A DNA stretch of 61,679 bases, filler included, from Sphacelaria rigidula (lineage: Eukaryota): NCBI GenBank assembly GCA_964200075.2. It is 4 parts of 4 records of this genome, joined end to end, with 100 filler letters (N's around TTAATTAATTAA, not from the genome) between each part and the next. Parts side by side here need not be neighbours in the genome. Positions count along the whole stretch, not along the records: positions 15,447 to 30,791 come from CAXNAA020001789.1; positions 30,892 to 46,235 come from CAXNAA020001790.1; 2 more parts are not named here. The stretch is one strand, 5' to 3'. The notes below the pieces were generated by a model. It saw only the letters and a program-made list of their open reading frames with translations, was not told the origin of the DNA and made no database searches. Positions 27,124 through 39,100 of the stretch are shown in pieces. How positions within the stretch are numbered: position 1 is the first letter of the stretch; each line of letters starts with the position of its first letter. The translations under genes and the position numbers were made by a program.

Positions 27124-27913
27124 CCCTTTGACCGCCACAGGGTAGGTCATCGGTTGAATCTGCACGACTTTCCGGTAGAGTTTTACCCCGAGTTCGGCGA
27201 GAACGAGCGATGATTGAACATATACTTGGTTTTAGTATCGGTCAGCATATTCAGATCTTTGTAGGGCCCACCCTTCCAGGCACTCGCCCAACATGATTTT
27301 GTCTTGAATCGGCATCAACAGGGTCGATTTGAGCCAACCAAACACACGTAGGGCAGATTACTCCATGTACATACTTGGCTCGAGTGTTTCTCGGTTCGTT
27401 TTGGTTCGGGTTATTGTTTGACGATACGAGCTCGGAAATGGTACCAGTTATAACTGGCCATTATTATTTCATGATCATATGAAATTTTTGGATAATGGTT
27501 CCAAGCCATTAGTTACCGTTACTGGCTTCATGAGTCGTTACCGGCTACGTATGCTTCATACAGCCCCTGAAAATTGCCCCAAATTTCACGTATTTTTTTG
27601 CTCTAGTGAAGCCAAATCACGTAAAAATGTGCCCCCGGCACGGCGCTTCCAGCGGGGCCCTCCGAGGGCGGCATAGGCGCCCCTCCCTTTGCCGGGGGGG
27701 GAACTTCTTGGCTCGTGGCTGCGCGGTATGATGACCAAACCATAATGTACCATTTAACTGGTTAATGAGTGCCCTACGCGTAACCATTCAACTATTGAAT
27801 AGTTAAACAAACCATTTTCGAGCTCCATTTGACGACCTGGGATAGTCGCGCCTCCGACTTTCACCTGAAAAAATAGGGCCTGAGTCAGATCACCTACCCT
27901 GACGGTCAGATGA
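27124..27913. mobile_element. Degenerate piggyBac-type non-autonomous element related to the 98-bp MITE
   Basis: Left end TTAT|CCCTTTGACCGCCACAGGGTAGG, right end CCTACCCTGACGGTCAGATG. Right boundary approximate. Confidence 0.5.
27425..27827. mobile_element. hAT-type MITE (~400 bp)
   Basis: TIR GAGCTCGGAAATGGT ... ACCATTTTCGAGCTC (14/15) with perfect 8-bp TSD tttgacga at 27417-27424 and 27828-27835. Confidence 0.8.
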
Positions 27914-29146
27914 TCTATCTGAAGGGGAGGGAGGAGTGTTGCTTACACCCGAGAAGGGTCGGCAACTTTACGATAGATGTCGAGATTTATCTGAGCAAAG
28001 ACGACACATTTTCGAGTCTTCATAACAGGTGTTGGTGTGTGTGTGTGCTGTAGTTGAACGTATCGTAGCGGCAATATATGATACGTTCACCACGTCGTGA
28101 AAGTGCCATGGGTTCGTGTTGGCATGTGTTGGACAGGTGGTTGCTCCCAAACACGTTTCTTCATGTACTTGCACCGCCAGTGGTGCATATATCGTACATA
28201 TCGACAAGTCGGCACGTATCAAGTCTAGAGGGGATGTTACATATTCCCGATGCCGAACATCCGCTGTACGCCAACAAAAATTGGCATGACGATGTACGCT
28301 GTACGCGGGGTTTTTCGATGAATTGTACTTGCAGAACATGAACTGTGTCAAAAATGTATCGGGCATAGTCGATTTTTTCAGGTGTTGATGTGAGCACCTG
28401 GCCATGTGTAATTGAAAGCGCCGCTGAGGCCAAGAATGCACTCCGTACTAATTTCCGCATAAAGTGGGATATTTTTTATTCAACACACGATCTCTAGTGC
28501 GAGTCGGCATCTATATTGTAACTGTTGGCCAACCCGATTGCAGTATTTGTACGTCCAACATATATTACGCTCCGTTACGCACAAACTATTACCCCGGTGG
28601 TATTTGGCCCTTTCGGATGTGGAGCATCTTCGGCATCAGATGCATTCATCAAATGAAATATGTTGGCACAGTCACCGAAAGTAATATTGTGTGTAAAGCC
28701 TGGTATCACCTAAAAAACAGGGGGCGGGGTTATTATGAACTGTATATACCCCTCCATAAAACATGACCAAGTCATCGAAGTTGATGTAGCTGTAGTCAAG
28801 TTCATATACCCCGCATTTTTCCATACATTGCTATGACGGTGATTTATACGGAGTATATGATATATCATGTTATAAATCACATGTGTATCACAATTTATGA
28901 CCTAATATCTGACCTATATATGATTTATACCTGGCCGCCCCGGTGGCTCAGTTGGTAACGTCGAAATCTTCCACGGTTAGCACGAATCATCACGACGAAT
29001 GACCAAATCCACGATTTCTTCGGCCTGAATGCCCAAAAGAGAGAAAAACGTTGAGCGCTGGTCCGAGGGGTATCCACGCAACTTTTCACACGTCGGATGA
29101 GTCATTACTCGTCCAAACGAGTGCACTCGTGGATACTTTTTGAAAA

Positions 29147-29482
29147 CACAACGAGCATGACTCGTGTGCTCGAGTCATTATTTTTTTTACAACGAGCAAT
29201 GACTCGAGCGCTCGTCCTATTTATTTGTTTCCACCACGAGCATTGACTCGAGTGCTCGCCCTATTAATATTTCTCCACATCGAGAAATGACTCGAGTGCT
29301 CGCCTTCTTATTTTTTCCCACAACGGGCAATTACTCGAGTGCTCACCTTAATATTTTTTTCCCACAACAAGCAATGACTCGAGTGCTCGCCCTATTAGTT
29401 TGTTTCCCCAACAAGCAATGACTCGAGTACTCGCCCTAGTAATATTTCTCCACAACGAGCAATGACTCGAGTGCTCGCCCTA
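29147..29482 (+). repeat. Tandem array, 8 units of ~44 bp, left block
   Basis: Core CACAACGAGCAATGACTCGAGTGCTCGCC followed by ~15 nt AT-rich linkers. Confidence 0.92.
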
Positions 29483-29486
29483 CTGA

Positions 29487-30545
29487 CCCTTTTGCATGGG
29501 ACCGACCCCTCACTAACACGAGGTTGACCATGTCATCGTGAAATGGTAAAACATAAGTCAGGAAGCGAACTGCCCAATGACGGCGAGGCGAAATTTATCG
29601 ACCAAACCCGAACGACCAGCGCGGGGACTGTTGCCAAGTGTGGTGTCACTGCAAAGATAGTGTGGGGGTCCTATCCCTGGCTCAGGTAAGCCTTACCAGG
29701 TTTCTAAAGCCAGGGTGCTCGGAGCATGGCTTATCGTATTACTTGCATTCAGTACAGCGTTCCCGGGGTTTCCCAGGAGTTTTTTCGGGTCGCTAGCTTA
29801 TACTAAAACGTAGTAATTACACCAACAAAGGGTGGAGTGGGAAAACCGGGAAGGAGTGTACATGCCACAATCTGGTCATTTTCACCAGGCACTAAACCCA
29901 GGTGGGCTGTGGAAAGACAAAAGGAGCTACCGTCAAAAACTATTCTGCTTATCCCTCTGCCGATGACTTGCAAAACACTGTGAACATGTATGTAGTGGGC
30001 GGGGATGAACAAGCTGTGTATAGGCAGCTGATCTCCATCGCTGAAAACTGCCCAGAACGTGCAAGGGAGTATGCAGCGGCAGCTGCTGCTGCAGTTGGAG
30101 AGGCGTACTGCACTTACTGTACTGTACTGTACTGTACTGTGCTGTACTGTGCTGAACGTGCGCCGCAACGCCAATACCCATTGAAGAGAATTTGTTGCAT
30201 GCAACAAAGAGGGAAATGGCGGCCCACCCTAACCACAAAGGGCTGTGTGGCAAGGTGGTGGGGACATTATTATCATCCAAGGCCACAGGTGCCGGGCGGC
30301 CCGCCGTTCGCCGCATCCTGCTGAAAGTTCTCTGCCGTGACCCATACTGCTTGCTACATCAGATATACATTACCTGATGCGCACCCTGCACCTGAAAATA
30401 GAGTGGATGAAACTTTCGCTCTTCCTCATTACCCTGTGCTTACATACGCGGATTTTCAGCAACATGCCACTGTTTCGTGCAGACGTCAGACACGTCATTC
30501 CCAACCAGCCTTATTGGTCGTTCTTGGGGCCCGGTCCCAAAGGGG
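29487..30545. mobile_element. piggyBac-type non-autonomous element nested in the hairpin array
   Basis: CTGA|CCCTTTTGCATGGGACCG ... CGGTCCCAAAGGGG|TTGA. Its right ~170-260 bp recur at 15447-15735 and, inverted, at ~46065-46235. Confidence 0.7.
30106..30150 (+). repeat. (TACTG)n microsatellite
   Basis: tactgtactgtactgtactg run. Confidence 0.85.
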
Positions 30546-30556
30546 TTGATTTTTTC

Positions 30557-30700
30557 CACCACGAGCAATGACTCGAGTGCTCGCCTTTTTAGCTTGTTTC
30601 CACAACGAGCAATGAGTCGAGTACTCGCCCTATCAATATTTTCCACAACGAGCAATGACTCGAGTGCTCGCTCTATGAATTTTTACGGCCAACGAGCAGC
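30557..30700 (+). repeat. Same 44-bp array, right block (3 full units + 1 partial)
   Basis: Same core as 29147-29482, resuming right after the nested insertion. Confidence 0.9.
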
Positions 30701-30791
30701 CCAACGAGTGCGAGTGCCACGAGTCACACTCGTGCTCGTCTGACGTATGCAACTTTTGCGCCATTCCACAAGTCTGAGTTGCGTGTACCTG

Positions 30792-30891
30792 NNNNNNNNN
30801 NNNNNNNNNNNNNNNNNNNNNNNNNNNNNNNNNNNTTAATTAATTAANNNNNNNNNNNNNNNNNNNNNNNNNNNNNNNNNNNNNNNNNNNN
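30792..30891. other. Artificial contig linker
   Basis: Same 100-bp N44-TTAATTAATTAA-N44 structure. Confidence 0.97.
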
Positions 30892-31382
30892 GGTGGCGCA
30901 CGCAGGAGTGAAAGGCTGCCTCCGCCGCTGTTATGGCTGCCTGTATCTTGGGCGAAGCTGTACGGTAACACAACCGCTATGGCGCGAAAGTCGCCTGTCG
31001 CATTCCATATCGTCGAGATTTTACACACAGTTGTCTCGAAGTATAGCGTTGCAATTACCGACTTGAAGTACGAGTACTGTATTATACATATTACGGTCGG
31101 CACTTTGTTCTAGGATGTGCAAAAACATTCGACCTAACGATCGACGAGGGAAAGGGACTGCTGGACCCCTCTCGCGATAAAAAAAGACAAGCGAGGAAGG
31201 TGGAGAACTGAACCAAACAAAAAGGAAAAAAAACTCCTGTGTTACCCCGGCTGGTGCACAGATACATACCGAAAGGTGCAGACCGGTGTACAGAATAGAT
31301 GAGACGCCAGCACGAACAACAAACTATCCGCAGTGCATTTTTCACATCGAGTTCGTACTGACTGTAGAAATCGTTGTCCACG

Positions 31383-31485
31383 GTCTGGTACATTTCCACA
31401 TAGTGTAGGGGCGGTTACATTTTCCTACATAATGCAGTCTGGTACATTTCCCCATATAATGCAGGGTCTGGTACATTTCCACATG
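31383..31485 (+). repeat. Minisatellite, about 4 units of ~26 bp
   Basis: GTCTGGTACATTTCC repeated. Confidence 0.8.
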
Positions 31486-33128
31486 TAAAAATATGTAATT
31501 GTGGAGATCGGTGTTGGGCATGTGCGGAGAGATTTCCTTTCATGACGTGTAACCTAGTGAACGGCTGTTGCAGGGGTAGTTCTCGCTCGAGCCCCGAAAC
31601 TTCCATATCTGTAGAGCTGGATCTGGGGCTTCAAGGTATAACAGAGATCTTTCCAACAAACAGCTTGCTATCCCTGGGGATCACTCTTGACTTCGACTCG
31701 TCTCAGGGCCAACTAGCTCGCTCTCGTCGAGCTTTCCCGCATGATCCACTTGCCTCAACCCCACGACTCACGGTCAATCCTTGACTACATAACCCGAGGA
31801 AAAATTATCGGCCACATTCGACAGTTTCTACCGTCACCGGAAGTCTCACGACTTTCACATAATGTTACTCGGTGAGATCGTGAAAAAATCCGCAACATCT
31901 GGGCGAGCTGCATGCCAGGCAATCGCTGAAATATTCACCTGCAAACTCTGCTTCAGTGCACTGTAAGTTGATATTGCTAGAAGGACACTACCATCACTAC
32001 GTTGCCGTCCGCCAGACTGTCGGGACGTAGGATCCGCTAGCATTGCTACCGTCTGTATGGGGATGTTGCCCCCTTGTCGGGTACGTGGGGAAAGGCACGT
32101 CAGTGGTCGGGTCAAGCAGCTGCACGCTGGGCTTACCACTCAAGACTTCGATTTGGAGGATGATGCTAGGCAGGCAGCAGCAACCGCTGTGTGTCCAGGT
32201 GTCCCTTGGAGCAAAATGCGTTTGGTTCTGTTTCACAAAGTTTGATAAAAAAAACGAAATCAATAGGGGTTTTAGAGTGGGAAATCTAGCAAAAAAAAGT
32301 CGCAAAAAACTTGCCGAAAAAGAAACGGTGAGTCGAGTTTTTACCCGGAGCAGAAACCAAATTCAGTTCGTGAAATTGGAATGCCGATATGGCGACGACG
32401 TAATCAGCCTTTGCGTGCCCTAAGCTGCCGTGAACCGTGAGAAGGATGTCGCGGGTGCGGGTGCTTGCCCAACATGTGTCAAAGAATACGAGAAAAAATC
32501 ACTGACCACCTTTCCCTCTCTAGATCTGTCAGATTCCACCGACCCACGCGATCAAACGTGCCCAAAGCAACAAACACGGACCTCCTCTGTCCTGTGTGAA
32601 ATACGCATTATGATATGAAACATGGGAGCGTTGATGTTGGCATCCTCTCAGATCACAACACCCGCTTCAACGCCGTAATCCACGCAAATCGTTACCCCCG
32701 ATCTGATCCTTTTCACAATTACGTTGGGTGTTTGACGATCTCGCAGTCGCGACGAATGAGATCTCTCCACACACCAATCGCTGCCAAAAGCAGCGTGTTA
32801 GCAGCATACGCACGAAATCAAGACATGAGTCAACAGCGAACTCCCCTGGAAATGCAGGGATAAATGGCTGGCTTGCAGCCACTGCATATTGTGATAACTC
32901 CTTATTCACCCTCGATCTGAAATCTGACCATTGAACACGTGCGCAAATTTCGCTCTGGATCCAAAAAGATGTGCGTTCTAAACAAAAAAAACGAAATCAT
33001 TCTATTTTTTGCCCACCCCTAGCCATCCCCTGGGAGGCCAATAGTCTCATGACTATGGCATGCATGATCATGACTACACCCCCCACTAGCCATCCCCTGC
33101 CTCTAGCTAAGAAATGCCCACTTCCAAG

Positions 33129-36100
33129 TTAAATCACCGTTTTGCTCCCCAAATTAACGCACTGGGCGCTCAAATCCCACAAACGCTTCGCCTTTTCGGT
33201 GTCCCTTGCCTCTATCGAAACGTCCTGAGGGCCAAACGCGGAGTCGGGCTTGCCCGGGTTGGTCGCAAAGAATCTCCCCCCAGCATCATCTTCTAACGAC
33301 AATTTAGTGACCATTGCCACCAGGGTATCACCGCCCTGACTAATTGTGGCTGCAACCTAGGACACACGGGAGCAAGGAACAGCAGCGACGAGGAATATCG
33401 GGGATATATCGTGACCTGCACACTAAAGCTATCCCCTCGTTGACCTTGCATGCTCCGGACGATGGAGCAACCCTCCCCGGGCGGGGACTGTGGGGTGGAG
33501 CAGAAGGGTGCTCGTGTTTCAACATGCCTCAGCTGTTTGATCATCATGCATGATACCAGAACATTTCAGCAGTCAATCTTTGCGGATGAACTGGAATTTC
33601 TGATTCAACTAGATAACAAAATGTTGGTCGGACGAGGCCGTCCGTATGTGCCGAGCGTCCACCGAGCGTTCACCTTGAGGATGTACGTAGCCGCGAGGTC
33701 GAATATCTTGGAAAATATAGGGTTCTGGTTGCGGAAAAGTCCGCTGCTCGTGATGAGGCCTGGCGAAAAGCAGTCCGCCTTGACTCTGGACTTTTTCGCC
33801 GACAGCCGTCGTTGGGCCTCCAGCGTAAACAAGACGTTACACAGTTTCGAGTCCTTGTCTGCTCGGGAGCGTACAGCGCCAATATTTGCAACACCACGTA
33901 CAGTAAGGAACGCATAAGCACAGTGTGGCACAATTCCCCCGTCGGATGCCACGAAAGAAGCAAGAAAACTGCGCGAATTTCGCGAGTGGAAAATTGGGCG
34001 GCACAAGTCGACATCAGGTGCAATGCCATCATGAATGATCTAGGCATCCATGGCATCACTCCGACACGTGCAAGCGACAGTCTGTACTGAGCTCGCCGGT
34101 GGTGTTGGCAAGAAAGACATCGGAACACAACGTTTTGCCACCATGCAGCACTCAGCCCACAACGATAACTGACGAAAACAAAAGGGGTACGTTTTCACCA
34201 TCGACCCCATTTTCAGCCGGCACCTTCGCACTCATGTACTTCTAAAACGGGACAAAACTTAATGTCCGCCGGGGTCGTAAGGACAGAAAAAAGGCACTAG
34301 TACGTCAAAGGGAGAAACGTACAAGCCTTGTCTCCGTCGTACTCCCCGCCGTCGACCATGTCGAACTTCTTCGATGCGCCCTCAGCGGCGAGATATCCCT
34401 CCAAACCACTCAGATCACCCAGCGTTGCCTGCCGGGGGGTAGCACCACACAGAAATACAGGACCCAGAAAAGGAGCAAGGTTCTGATTTTTGACGTATCA
34501 CGACAGATGTTTACAACGATCGCGAAACTCGATAAACATGGCTTCCTACGAGCACCCCCGTTCATCTCATGTACTCAGTCTATCGCAGCACATGCAGGGA
34601 TGCACGATTGATGGTCGACAGATGGACTATGGAATGCGTGGTCTCAATTCTCTCCCCCGTGCCTTCGTGACTCGCACTCCACGTCTCGGGTGGACGACAC
34701 AACCTGCCGCTCATACGTCATTAGTCATCGTTTTGCGCTTAGAGTGAAGTGTCTCAGGACTCCTAACAACGCTGCCGGCCGTCAAGTCGAAGGGCAAAAC
34801 AACCTGTTTGGAATGTCATTCTCCAACGGTATCGCCTGAATACTGCCGCTACTGAGCACTGACGAACCACTGAACCCCCAAGTATCTCCACAATCAACCA
34901 GAAAAAGCCGACATCGTACTTTCGAGCTAACGTTATCGCTGACGGTCCCCGTAAGGTTAACTCGCAAGATAGGCAGTATCGTACCTTGGAGCCAACGTTA
35001 CCCCCGGGCGTGTCCGGATCGTGAACGCTGCTGGCCGTAACGATAAGGCGAGGCTCTCCAGTGGCGCCGGCTTCCAGCGACTAAGACCCCCAGCCCAACG
35101 AACGTGTTACGTGCAACGAAACGAACGGACAACAGGAACGGCGCGTAGCGGATCTGTCAATCCTTTCCCAACGCTTTCGGATACCGTTGACGTCACGAGC
35201 AAGTGTGAAAGGCTTTCTGGCCTCCGGCTGGGGCGACACTTGTCAGGATTGGAATCAATGCCAAAGCGATCACTGAGTCCATCATCGAATTATGTGGGAT
35301 TTAAAAATGTGTTTCTGAACCGTGTGAAACGCCAGAGTTTCATGTTCCGACTCTACAGGAATCAATATATCCGGGAGCTTTGTTTTACTCTCCCGCCCAT
35401 AAAGTGTAGAGGCAGTACCGCATATCTGTTGCTCTATGTTCATGCAACTCGCTTATGCGCATCTTGCGCACACATACGTGATAGACTTCGGACGTACTCT
35501 GTTTGTGCCACGAACTGCGATAAGGAGCTGCTACAAAACTAAGTTCTTCCAACATTCCTCTTCTTGTAGGGTAAACCGTGGATGTGCCGTAGAGCCCTGT
35601 CCTTACTGCGCGAGCGGTCGTTTTCAGCCTAATCGTCGCTCGACAGCAAACCCACTGGCCACTCTCTCATTTTCGCCTTGGGTGGAGTGATTTTTTCACC
35701 TTGAAGAGCAGGTTTGCAAGTAGGAAATGGCCCAAGTGGTTGGTACCGACGGTCACCTCAAAGCCCTCGCTCGAGTACCCCACGCTTCCCTTCGTGCTTG
35801 GCGCCATGCCTGAACAGAACAAAAGCAACACACATTGACCACAAAGTAGTGCGACCTGGGTTCTATGACCTCCACTCTGATAAACAGGACACAGAAAAGC
35901 CCGCAATAGCCACCGCGAAACCCGTATTCGGCTCCAGCCTGGAACTTATCGCTCCATATGCACTTCGGTGGCCAAAATGAGATACTCGCTGGCAATAAAT
36001 ACTAGAAGTTCAGCTGAAGTAAGAAATTGAGCACAATCTCTCACCAAGACTTTCCGACTGACATCATTTGCTAGACTGCCTAGCTCTACGGTTCACGAGC

Positions 36101-39100
36101 GATTCATCAGGAGCAGTCGTGGTCGACGGCGTACTATTTGTTCGATTGAAGTAGTTCCGATCGACGGAGTCTCGGCGTACAACACACACGACGCGGTACA
36201 TAAACATGCACACCCGTCGTAAATAGACCAAGACGAACATTTTGTGCGTGAAACCTCTCGGAGGTCTTGTGTCATTGTGGCCGGCAGCGGCCACTCCCCG
36301 GTACCTATATGCTCATTATTCAAAATCCTGGACAATATATGGTCAATCACTTCGATACAAATATGTACTGCGTAAGGTATAGGCCGATGGCAACTATTGT
36401 CGAGAGTGGGTGTCCATGCCCCGATTTCGCTTTCTCGCCAACATTCCCCGGCGACGAAAATAATTCACAGCATGGGCAATATATGATCAATCTTTGCGAT
36501 AAAAAAAGTAGTACTGCGTGAAGCATAGGCCTATTGCAACTATTCGCCATATGTTCTCCAGGGTGTGAAATATTTTCATCGGGGGGAATGCTGGCGAGAA
36601 GGGGAAATCGGGGCATTGATACCCACTACTGCACTCAACGCAAAGTATAAAAAAATGCCTGCCTGCGTTCAAGCACAGCGAATCGATCGGCTTGCTGCCC
36701 CAGGCCTGCGCAAAAGATCGGACGCTCTCCAAGGAGGACAGATCGCAGGCAAACGCTCCCGCTGCTCCCGACGTGGAAGCCGCTGCCTTCGCCTTCGCTT
36801 CCGTTCTGCAGGCAACATAGACCTCATGACCCAAAGACACCTTCACCCAAAATACGGCAGCAGATGAAAACATGAGCCGGGGTTTGCTTCAATGAGTTTC
36901 AGTGCAACCAGCATGAAGAGTCTACAGCCGACCCCGCACAAACAGATTGCGACACGGAGTAATGCTCTCCATCTAACTGGCATCCAAGGTATAACTCTAC
37001 GTGGTAATCAAGATATGATGTCTTACGAAACATCGGTTGCATAAAGCACAAGAAACTCAAAAAAGGGGGATTTATTTGTCCTATGAGATGTGGTGCGCGT
37101 GAGCGCCTGCTACAGATAGCTAGAAAAGGGCGAATGTCGCCCTTCACACCAAGAATAAAGCCCAGTTGCGAGACAAGAAGTTCTTCTTCGCGTTCAGAGA
37201 GACACCCAATCACTCACTGTGAATCACACCGGGTGTAAATTTATCACACCCTGGACAACGGACATAATCTTGGTCCATTGCTTCAGCAATAGACATGGGG
37301 GAAAGCCTATGCATGTATACTGTCGAAAACGATAGATGGTGAAACACATCTGTTCACATGTATCGCAAGGGACAAAAGATGTTGCGATAATCGATCGATA
37401 GCCTATGAAAATTACAATGGATAACGATCACTCCCCATCGATGGAAATCGTGTACCGCAATAGATTCTGGGGTGTATACATCGATAACCATTGCCGTAAT
37501 CAACAGTTTTGGTGAGCCATCCATCGATAGTCATTGCCGCTATTGATAGTTGAGGTGAGCCATCCATCAATATCAATTACCGCCAACAACAAATTTGGTG
37601 AGAGGTCTATCGATCGCCTCTGCCGCCAACAATACCTGTTGGGGTATTTATAAATGTGATCATGGACGTCAACCATGAATTGTTCTCGGGAGCACCTATC
37701 GATAGCCAGTGACGCCAACGATAGATTTGGAGAAATATGTTGCTCGCTGCAGTCGGATCATGACATCAACGGCAATGCCCGTTACACATAAACACGTAAC
37801 TACCTGAGACGATAGCTGGCCGTAGCTTCCGCGGAATAAGGTGGAAACATACGTCGAAAAATGTGCATGCATAGCGCTAGTGATCGACGCCATTCAGCTA
37901 CTTTTGTGGTCACTGGTGGCCGCGATTCAGATTGCGTTGTAACCAGCGACATACATTGGTGGCCGCGATTCAGACGATACTATGACCCTCAATAGACATT
38001 GGTGGGTGCAATTTAAATCCTATTGTGACCAACAATATGTATGGGTGGCCGCGTGGCAGATCCTGTTGTGATTAGCAACAGACATTGGTGGCCGTAATTT
38101 AGATCCTATTCCAGCAAATAAAATGTTTCAATAGACAACTTGGCCCCTCCACTGTCACTGCAATGATACATTCTGTCTCTTGTTCCGAATCTATTGTCGC
38201 CTCCAATAGCTATCGATAGACATTAATGCCAGTCGATTATGACTGACAATCAGCATTGACAGTCAAATTTTCGGGACTTTTGGAACGCCAATGTTCTACT
38301 ACTTAGTCTTTTGTCCAGGGTATAAGCACATCTCACCCACACACAAAGGTACTGTAAGCGCTCATGTCGATCAGAAGTACTAACAACACACCAACAACAA
38401 AACTTGTAAACGTTTGTCCACACATACTACGTATTCCTCCAAAACACAAGCGTTCTAAAACTGTAGAAACGTGACGTCATATGTTCACAAGTGGTATCAT
38501 CATTTAAGTGGTATCATCATTTACCCACTGCATGTTCACCTGCGGCTTCTCTACCGCACTTTGACGGAGTATAATATGTTCTATGCGTAATATGTTGCAA
38601 TTTAGGTGTGGCAACAGACGACAGAGAAGATCTATCGGTAGGCATTGCATACCACAGAAGATTCTGGTACGTTTCTATCGATATTCATTGCCGCCATGCA
38701 TAGATTTCAAGAGTATTACTTGATTCCAGTGTGATTGATTCGTACCATACGAATCAATCATATACTTTGTTTCCGGCGTTGCAACCCAGATGCGCGCAGC
38801 CCAGGCACGTGGAATGACACAAAAGTTGCGTGGGGACCTGTTTGACCAGCGGCCGACTTTTTTTTATCTTTCGAGCAACCAGGCCCAAGAAATCGCGGAT
38901 TTGGTGATTCGAACCGACGACGATTGGTCCGAACCGTGATAGATTTTGTACGCAATTTATCACTAGCGATTGCCGTCATCAACAGATTTGGAAAAAACTA
39001 TCGATCGATACATTTGGTCGGCCGCAATAAATTTCGGTGTAGGGCCACAACATACTGCTGCCCGGACCAAAGTGTGGGAACCCGGTCCATCGATAAACAT

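Larger units (their letters stand above)
29087..30749. mobile_element. Non-autonomous hAT-type element containing a 44-bp hairpin repeat array
   Basis: TIR CACACGTCGGATGAG ... CTCGTCTGACGTATG (12/15) with perfect 8-bp TSD caactttt at 29079-29086 and 30750-30757. Confidence 0.82.

Noticed and set aside
29147..30700. CRISPR array
   Set aside because: Palindromic 29-nt repeats, but the linkers are only ~15 nt, AT-rich and related to each other. The array lies inside a eukaryotic TIR/TSD element with no cas genes.
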